Source: Thermacetogeniaceae bacterium (lineage in GTDB: Bacteria; Bacillota; DSM-12270; Thermacetogeniales; Thermacetogeniaceae). Taken from it: DNA of 24,000 nucleotides. Where the stretch lies: contig JBEKFU010000027.1 in the NCBI GenBank assembly GCA_050013155.1, positions 10,318 to 34,317 of the forward strand, given 5' to 3'. Numbering within the stretch: the first letter of the stretch is position 1; each line of letters starts with the position of its first letter. Position numbers and translations under genes: made by a program. Below the pieces are notes generated by a model. That model did no database searches. It was not told the DNA's origin and saw only the letters and a program-made list of their open reading frames with translations. This document shows positions 1 to 5,180 of the stretch, piece after piece.

Positions 1-190
1 CAGCGAAGCTCAACAGCAGGGACGACCTGGGGATGCCCAGCAATACATCCTGGGTTATGCTGGCGATTCCGGGCCCCAGGCGGGCCGTCGCTGTTCCTTC
101 GAACGGATTGTTGTCGTTGACGCTGGCGTTAGTCGCGCTCCAGAAGTTCAGCCCTTCCTCAAAACTGGGGTTCTGTATCAGGTTAGACAT
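1..190 (-). CDS. 5' part of a CDS that runs off the left edge. N-terminus is MSNLIQNPSFEEGLNFWSATNASVNDNNPFEGTATARLGPG... It resembles the start of CBM4/9-like (galactose-binding-like) domains found at N-termini of Firmicute surface/spore repeat proteins.
   Basis: ATG at 190-188 (minus) with AAGGAG 8 nt upstream. The frame is open to the window edge, so it is absent from the ORF track (no in-window stop). Motif N-x-x-F-E-x-G-L-x-x-W. The function call rests on memory of family patterns only. Confidence 0.55.
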   Translation of the reverse strand, partial: MSNLIQNPSFEEGLNFWSATNASVNDNNPFEGTATARLGPGIASITQDVLLGIPRSSLLLSFA

Positions 191-319
191 GCACACCACT
201 CCTTGGTTTTTATTAATTTATAGCCCATTTTATACCGGTCTTCCATTCACATTATATGAGGGTTCCCATAATATGGTTACCATTTCCTGGTCTGTGATAA
301 AAACCTCTTCAGGAAACTT

Positions 320-351
320 CTCGAGGTTCGATTCGAGCTCCGAACCTCGAG
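320..351. promoter_or_regulatory. Perfect 11-bp inverted repeat CTCGAGGTTCG-N10-CGAACCTCGAG in a divergent intergenic region; candidate operator or RNA hairpin
   Basis: Arms at 320-330 and 341-351 are exact reverse complements. The repeat lies between the divergently transcribed edge CDS and the 454 CDS. Confidence 0.4.
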
Positions 352-396
352 GATCTGCGGGACGGGATAACAGATGTAGCAACTTTTCCGGTTCTG

Positions 397-405
397 CATA
401 TAATA
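397..405 (+). promoter_or_regulatory. Candidate -10 element CATATAATA, which fits sigma-K type CATA-N3-TA and also contains TATAAT
   Basis: Located 49 nt upstream of ATG 454. The same 9-mer occurs upstream of the 174-aa Cys-rich gene (8220-8212, minus). No convincing -35. Confidence 0.3.
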
Positions 406-453
406 TCCAGGTAGCTTAAGTGCCCATAATATGGCATGAAGGGAGAATAATAG

Positions 454-1044
454 ATGAATCCTGAAGATAGTACCATTATTGGATCCTCTACAGAGGAACT
501 GTTCGAGGACACACATCCTCCTTCTCAAAATTCGCCGGAAGCCGGCAAAACGCCGCCGTGCACCGAATGTAAATATCCGCAGCCCGAAGAGCCCGGGTCG
601 GAGTTGCCGGAAGAGGATGTTGAGCAGGAGGAAACACCGGAAGTTGTCGGAACACAGCAGTGCCCCAACTGCGATCTGCTGCAGACTGAAGAGGAGCCGA
701 CGCCGGACATAGAGCTTTATTGTGCATGTTCAAATCCAGATGCCGCAGAACATGGAATTCCAATCGCACCTGAGCAGGTGCTGGCACAATACAATTCGCG
801 ACCTCCCCTGCTGATCGAGACACGTCCTGGACGTGCCGTCCCTACCGCCCCCATACAGATCAAACCAAACCCTGGACGTCCTGTCTACCATGCTCCCATC
901 CAGATCAGACCAGATCACGCACAGCCTGTTCATGTCGCTCCCATACCGATCAACACATGCTCGAGACGACCTGCCTATGCTGCTCCCATACTGAACAATC
1001 CAAACCCGGCACACCCTGGTTGCGCCGCTCCCAAAAGACACTGA
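454..1044 (+). CDS. Hypothetical 196-aa protein. The N-terminal half is acidic with two CxxC pairs (CTEC, CPNC; zinc-ribbon-like). The C-terminal half has five degenerate ~15-aa Pro-rich repeats (..P-x-x-x-A-P-I-x-I..).
   Basis: ATG preceded by AAGGGAG 8 nt upstream. Internal 45-nt periodicity gives RAVPTAPIQIK / RPVYHAPIQIR / QPVHVAPIPIN / RPAYAAPILNN / HPGCAAPK. No family recognised. Confidence 0.6.
   Translation: MNPEDSTIIGSSTEELFEDTHPPSQNSPEAGKTPPCTECKYPQPEEPGSELPEEDVEQEETPEVVGTQQCPNCDLLQTEEEPTPDIELYCACSNPDAAEHGIPIAPEQVLAQYNSRPPLLIETRPGRAVPTAPIQIKPNPGRPVYHAPIQIRPDHAQPVHVAPIPINTCSRRPAYAAPILNNPNPAHPGCAAPKRH
823..1035 (+). repeat. Degenerate in-frame ~45-nt tandem repeats encoding the Pro-rich APIxI units
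   Basis: Five successive units are visible in the translation of 454..1044. Confidence 0.6.
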
Positions 1045-1086
1045 GGAGGGGGCGGACGCTAAAGCGGCAGGTTGTCGCCAATATTC

Positions 1087-1348
1087 AACGAGTTCTTGGC
1101 TTCAGTGGGGGATTGCCTTCTCCCCACTGAAGCCAAGAACTCGTTAATACAGTGATGTAGCTGCTCTTACCTGTGTGCCCGTTTTCTCTCAGGCCGGGCG
1201 TTAGCCCGGATACGGGCGCCCACCGCTTCATGTACTCCGCATTCTTCAGGCCGGACTGCAAGCCCGGATGCGCCTGTGCTCCGCATTCTTCAGGCCGGGC
1301 GTTAGCCCGGATGCGGAGGAGGAGAAGCGGGGGCATTAGAGCGGGTAG
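1087..1348 (+). repeat. Composite GC-rich structured intergenic repeat (family A), long variant
   Basis: 24-bp perfect-stem hairpin (1087-1110 / 1122-1145). A 68-nt core at 1163-1230 is 67/68 identical to the reverse complement of 19094-19161. Three hairpin units of type CTTCAGGCCGG[GA]C..AGCCCGGAT[GA]CG follow. The 3' end AAGCGGGGGCATTAGAGCGGGTAG matches the reverse complement of 19066-19091. Confidence 0.85.
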
Positions 1349-1361
1349 TCATCTGTGGGAA

Positions 1362-1392
1362 AAGGGAGGAGCACAGATCCTCCCTTATTTCT
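1362..1392 (+). terminator. Possible intrinsic terminator hairpin AAGGGAGGA-GCACAGA-TCCTCCCTT followed by ATTTCTATAT
   Basis: 9-bp stem at 1362-1370 / 1378-1386. The T-tract is weak and interrupted. Confidence 0.3.
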
Positions 1393-1419
1393 ATATATTG
1401 AAAAATAGAGAACCGCATT

Positions 1420-1583
1420 TAGTGGTTGGTGGTCGCGCCTGTTCCTTCGTGCCCGGAAGGCACGGTAGCGGATTTGAGCGTGCTCCAACCACCCCGGCAC
1501 TAACGTAAGGCGTTCATGGCATTCATCACTGATCAAATTTATGGCACTAACCGGCGAAACTACCAGATTACGTTAGTGCCGGG
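1420..1583 (+). promoter_or_regulatory. Highly structured leader upstream of the 1610 CDS, with mutually exclusive helices (riboswitch/attenuator-like; class not recognised)
   Basis: GTGGTTGGTGG (about 1422) pairs with CCAACCACC (about 1485). There is an internal GTGCC-CGGAA-GGCAC hairpin. A perfect 16-bp long-range stem joins 1493-1508 and 1568-1583. GGCACTAAC occurs twice (1496-1504, 1543-1551), so the 3' arm GTTAGTGCC (1572-1580) has two alternative partners. Confidence 0.4.
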
Positions 1584-1609
1584 CCAACGACCAAAACGAG
1601 GTGAGAGTA

Positions 1610-2770
1610 TTGACCGGACAGATCAGCGCCTCTGTTGAAAAGGATTTCCTATCCACATTTTATCTTCCCCTACCAGGTTATCCCATTTCCTATCAAATCG
1701 ACAACGTGGTTATGCAATGTGAGCTTGTGTTTAAAAAAAATATCCTGGTTTTCGGTAAATACGACCTGGTTTTCTGCTATCCAGATACAGTAAACGAGCT
1801 TGAACCTGGATACAGCGCCGCGAGTTTAACCCGCACTTTTTGCGAACCCATATTGCTCACCGGGTCGGACATACTTGAAATGCTGTCTGGCGGGATAATC
1901 GATATCCAGGCGGCCTTCGGCCAACCGTTGCATGTACGGATCAAGCTTGGCAAGCCTTTGAACTTGAAGCCCTGGGAACGTCTAAAAAGCCTGCTCTTAC
2001 GTAAAACATGGGTTGAAGTAGTCATAGAGGGTCGGATCACAGCGGAGATCGCCCGGAACCACCGCAACACGGACCTGGAAATTGAGGAATTTCAGTCGCA
2101 CACCAGGGCCTGCATAACTGTGGAACAAGATGACATGGCCATACAGCAAAAAGAGGCGGCCATCGACCTGGAAGCGCTGGCTGAGCAGGTGCAGAAAATC
2201 ATCAGCCGGCGCCAGGAAGAAAAGACTTCCCTCGATCTGGAGGCGATGACTGAACTGGTGCAGAAAATCATCAGCCGGCGCCAGGAAGAAAAGACTTCCC
2301 TCGATCTGGAGGCGATGACTGAACTGGTGCAGAAAATCATCAGCCGGCGCCAGGAAGAAAAAGCGTCCAAAGATGAGGCGGCGCGCCAGGAAGCGTGTGC
2401 AGAGCGGTCAAACGCCCCTAAGCAGGACGCAATACCGCCTGGTCAGGGAGAGCCCGAAGTATTGAACACAGCCAAGGTGACCGAATTGGTATTGAACATC
2501 CTGCACGCCCGGGAGGCTGCAAGGGCCATACAAGAACAGCACAGGTCGCAGCGCCCCAATACAAGTGAACGCCAGGGATATTTCAACGCCCCTCACCCGG
2601 AGGCTACCCGGTACCCGCGGGCATCCGCCCGGGAACCCGCTTGCGGGTGGGGCGGCGTGGGGTGCCCGCCGGTACCTGTTCAGATGCCGTTGGAGCAGAT
2701 CCCCAGCCGGCCCGGTTTCGAAGCAGTCATTCATAATCCACCGCCGAAACCGCCTGGCGCCGGCGGGTGA
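1610..2770 (+). CDS. Hypothetical protein (~386 aa). It has a globular N-terminal domain, 3 x 23-aa charged helical tandem repeats, and a Pro/Gly/Arg-rich tail that includes a GC-hairpin repeat.
   Basis: TTG 1610 has GAGGTG (1598-1603) 6 nt upstream. The track start GTG 1601 lies inside that RBS, in the same frame. Codon usage is like its neighbours. No family recognised. Confidence 0.6.
   Translation: MTGQISASVEKDFLSTFYLPLPGYPISYQIDNVVMQCELVFKKNILVFGKYDLVFCYPDTVNELEPGYSAASLTRTFCEPILLTGSDILEMLSGGIIDIQAAFGQPLHVRIKLGKPLNLKPWERLKSLLLRKTWVEVVIEGRITAEIARNHRNTDLEIEEFQSHTRACITVEQDDMAIQQKEAAIDLEALAEQVQKIISRRQEEKTSLDLEAMTELVQKIISRRQEEKTSLDLEAMTELVQKIISRRQEEKASKDEAARQEACAERSNAPKQDAIPPGQGEPEVLNTAKVTELVLNILHAREAARAIQEQHRSQRPNTSERQGYFNAPHPEATRYPRASAREPACGWGGVGCPPVPVQMPLEQIPSRPGFEAVIHNPPPKPPGAGG
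2162..2368 (+). repeat. In-frame tandem repeat, 3 x 69 bp (23 aa: LDLEAMTELVQKIISRRQEEKTS)
   Basis: Copies at 2162-2230 (diverged), 2231-2299 and 2300-2368. Copies 2 and 3 are identical except at the 3' end of copy 3. Confidence 0.95.
2610..2676. repeat. GC-rich hairpin cluster (family B) inside the 3' part of the 1610 CDS
   Basis: GGTACCCGCGGG (2610-2621) pairs with CCCGCCGGTACC (2665-2676). The inner hairpin is ACCCGC-TT-GCGGGT (2635-2648). It encodes REPACG, the same peptide as the murI insertion. Confidence 0.6.
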
Positions 2771-2893
2771 GAAGGCACAGTCAAGCTGCCCAGTTGGGTG
2801 GAGAACCCCTGTGAATTCCTGAGCAAGATCCGCTACCATCCTCCTGAAAAGCCCGCTGACTGCTCCCGTGCTCCGCATTCCCAATGAAGCACA

Positions 2894-2923
2894 GCAAAGG
2901 CAGCGGTTGTCCGCTGCCTTTGC
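2894..2923. terminator. 13-bp perfect hairpin GCAAAGGCAGCGG-TTGT-CCGCTGCCTTTGC between convergent genes
   Basis: Stem at 2894-2906 / 2911-2923. No clear T-tract on either strand. Confidence 0.45.
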
Positions 2924-2944
2924 CAGCGATACCCGGTCTGAGCC

Positions 2945-3955
2945 TTACCTGGGGTCGACCGTCCCTGTCGCCAGGAAGCCGTTGATGGTGACGGTGAGGA
3001 TGGGCAACCCTGTCGTGGTGGTTCCGGTCTGAGTGAAGATGAGCGAGCAGGTTGTGGCGCTGTCGTGGGCAACTCCCACAACGTCGACGAATTCGAGCGG
3101 GATCGGGAACGATACCAGTTTGCCCAGAAACGTGAATTGGACAACGTCGATGGCGCCCTCTAAGCCGCCGATCGTGGGGAAGCTCGCCGTTCCGGTCAGG
3201 TCGGTGGTTGCGATGGCGACCTGTACGCCGGCCCTGTAGATGTAAACCGTCACGCCCGAAGCAGGGCCGTTCATGCCCAGGCCCAACAGGACGACCGTCG
3301 GGGTGCCCTGACAACGCTCCGGCGGGAAGAGCGGCGTGGGCGGGCACGCGAACCCGGGTTGTGCCAAGAAGGTGCATGCCGGTACCTCGCAGAAGCCGTA
3401 GCTCGGCACCAGCAGCTTCACAGGGGCCGTCACCTGGATCTCCTTGCAGATCTTGCCGGTGCAGGCGAGCACTACCGGCAGGCCTGTCGGGCTGGCGAGC
3501 AAGGTGCAGGTGCAGTCGCCGAAGCTCAGGATATCGCACGTGATATTAGTTCCGGGCGGTACCCACAGATCTGCCCGTGCCGCTCCCGCCAGGGTGAGAG
3601 TGGGCGTGCAGACCGTTACGCCGGCCACGAGAATGGGAGCGCTGACCTGGAATGAGTTGATCACCAGCACCTCTTCGAAATACGGCGTCAGTGGCGGTGT
3701 CACCGCCACTGTCCCGGCGAAGGTACAGGTTGCGCTACCCGGAATAGGGCTGCAGGCAACGGCGGCGCCCGCCGGTATGGTGACGCCCGGGCAGGCCGAT
3801 GAAACAGGTATCTGGCTGGTTACGAGTTCCTCGGTAAAGCACTGGTCGTAGACCTTGTTGACCAGGATGCAGTCCTTGGCGGTAAACGACGGGCAGGTTG
3901 GTATGGTCACCCCTGCGATCACTGTAAATCCGCATTCGCCTGGCGTAATTGGCAT
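2945..3955 (-). CDS. Cys-rich (about 18 Cys), Thr/Pro/Val-rich 336-aa hypothetical structural protein with no signal peptide. The C-terminal ~110 aa look like a CarboxypepD_reg/Cna-B-type beta-sandwich. Candidate spore coat/exosporium protein.
   Basis: ATG 3955 has AGGAGGG 7 nt upstream; the track ORF starts 28 codons earlier without an RBS. Motifs VTIPAGAAVAC and GSATC are shared with the 174-aa protein. GPASGVTVYIYRAG..TTDLTGTASF fits the regulatory-domain pattern (recalled from memory, not searched). Confidence 0.65.
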   Translation of the reverse strand: MPITPGECGFTVIAGVTIPTCPSFTAKDCILVNKVYDQCFTEELVTSQIPVSSACPGVTIPAGAAVACSPIPGSATCTFAGTVAVTPPLTPYFEEVLVINSFQVSAPILVAGVTVCTPTLTLAGAARADLWVPPGTNITCDILSFGDCTCTLLASPTGLPVVLACTGKICKEIQVTAPVKLLVPSYGFCEVPACTFLAQPGFACPPTPLFPPERCQGTPTVVLLGLGMNGPASGVTVYIYRAGVQVAIATTDLTGTASFPTIGGLEGAIDVVQFTFLGKLVSFPIPLEFVDVVGVAHDSATTCSLIFTQTGTTTTGLPILTVTINGFLATGTVDPR

Positions 3956-4103
3956 ATGGTTTCCCTCCTGATGAAGATTTTTTAAGAGTACAGTCAATTG
4001 GTTAATCGTGACTGGTGATACATTATACGGTAAATACAAAGAAATGTGATTCCTCTCGGTAACAGTTCTCCTAAATTTTTCATATCGTAATTAGGTAGCA
4101 ATC

Positions 4104-5153
4104 ATGTCTGGATCAACAGGTGTATGGCGCATGGATAGTCATGAGGGCACAGTCGGCCAGGATACCGGGCAGCGCAGGGAGAAGACGCTACGCAACATCT
4201 CCATCCTCAAGCAGGCACTGGCGGAGAGACCTGGCGATCCCTTCCTGGGCTACAATCTCGGCCTCAGCTTCTATGCCCTGGGAGATTTGGAAAACTCCCG
4301 CCACCATTATGAAGCGGTCAGGCAGCATCTCGATCCCGGAGACATGTTTACTGCGACGTTTTTCCGAAACTACGCCATCTGCCTGGGCGACCTGGGTGAC
4401 TTCGCGCAAGCGCTCAACCTGATCGACGAGGGCCTGGCCTGTTTTCCCGACTACCCTGACCTGTACTTTATCAAGGGGGAGCTTCTTTTTGACCTGAACC
4501 TGATGGCCCAGGCAAAAGACAGTTTTTTAAAGTGCCTTCGCTTCCATGCCCTGCCGGAATATGTCACCACCGAGGGGGTCACCGGCCACCTGGCGCTTCA
4601 GAATCTGGCCGAGGTCTGCGCCCGTCAACAGGATCTCGATGAGGCCGTGGCCTATCTCGAACAGGTATTGAGAATCAGGCCTGCATATGAATTGTTTGCC
4701 CAGTTATGCTCGCTGATGAGGCAAAAGGGTCTGAATGAGGGTGAGGTGGCAAAATACCTGGAAAACGGCTTCCACCTCGACCACCCTGCAATTGCCCGGC
4801 TACTGCTTGACATCAAGGAGGCAGGTTACAGCCGGGAGGACCTGCAACAACTGGAGGACGCCCTGCACGGCGGTATCGCCACAGCCGGTGTCTACTACCT
4901 GCTCGGCACGGCATGCGCCAATCTCGACAGGCACGACCAGGCCTTCGTGTACTTCGCTCAGGCTGGTCTGCAGGAGCCCGGCAATGAACTCTATGCCGCC
5001 TGCGCTCTGGAACAGCTTGCCAGCCAGTGTCTGCTGCACATCACCAGGATGCTTGACCTGGAAAATGGACAGGTGGAACTGCGCAAGGAGCTGTTCAGGT
5101 TGGCATCCCTGAGACACAAGGCACAACGGCTTAAACAGGACCTGCTGCCTTGA
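4104..5153 (+). CDS. TPR-repeat protein; a stand-alone paralog of the TPR module of the adjacent glycosyltransferase
   Basis: TPR-like helical repeats throughout. RNISILKQALAERPGDPFLGYNLGLSFYALGDLENS aligns with KRNLKLLGITADKEKDGFFYYNLGVEHLRLREMEKA in the next protein. An alternative start is ATG 4131, with AGGTG 8 nt upstream. Confidence 0.75.
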   Translation: MSGSTGVWRMDSHEGTVGQDTGQRREKTLRNISILKQALAERPGDPFLGYNLGLSFYALGDLENSRHHYEAVRQHLDPGDMFTATFFRNYAICLGDLGDFAQALNLIDEGLACFPDYPDLYFIKGELLFDLNLMAQAKDSFLKCLRFHALPEYVTTEGVTGHLALQNLAEVCARQQDLDEAVAYLEQVLRIRPAYELFAQLCSLMRQKGLNEGEVAKYLENGFHLDHPAIARLLLDIKEAGYSREDLQQLEDALHGGIATAGVYYLLGTACANLDRHDQAFVYFAQAGLQEPGNELYAACALEQLASQCLLHITRMLDLENGQVELRKELFRLASLRHKAQRLKQDLLP

Positions 5154-5180
5154 GAAGTGAGAGGTGGGAATGACGTAACG

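Noticed and set aside
33-419. 128-aa plus-strand ORF at the left edge
   Set aside because: It overlaps the better-supported minus-strand CDS (RBS plus ATG at 190, CBM-like N-terminus) and continues through the AT-rich promoter region. It has no RBS.
1415-1440. Possible T-box element (AGTGGTTGGTGGTCGCGCC resembles the T-box core GGTGGTACCGCG)
   Set aside because: No Stem I/specifier architecture and no terminator/antiterminator pair with a T-tract. The downstream gene is not an aminoacyl-tRNA synthetase or an amino-acid gene. The similarity is limited to about 10 nt.
1085-1536. Track ORFs 1085-1336(-), 1173-1508(+) and 1336-1536(-), plus 18961-19167(+) and 19059-19274(-)
   Set aside because: They lie entirely in the family A repeats or the structured leader. 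Identical pseudo-peptides appear at both repeat loci in opposite orientation, so the apparent similarity is DNA repeat identity and not a conserved protein.
2162-2368. Tandem repeats (also 8247-8298) considered as a CRISPR array
   Set aside because: The units are directly adjacent with no unique spacers. One set is in frame within a CDS. No cas genes or leader are present.
5151-5163. Exact 13-mer TGAGAAGTGAGAG at the stop codons of two genes (5151-5163 and 14916-14928), with a similar sequence at the ends of the 18387 element
   Set aside because: By a rough N^2/4^13 estimate, several exact 13-mer pairs are expected by chance in 24 kb when both strands are counted. There is no extended similarity around the 5151 copy. 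It is therefore not counted as a repeat copy.
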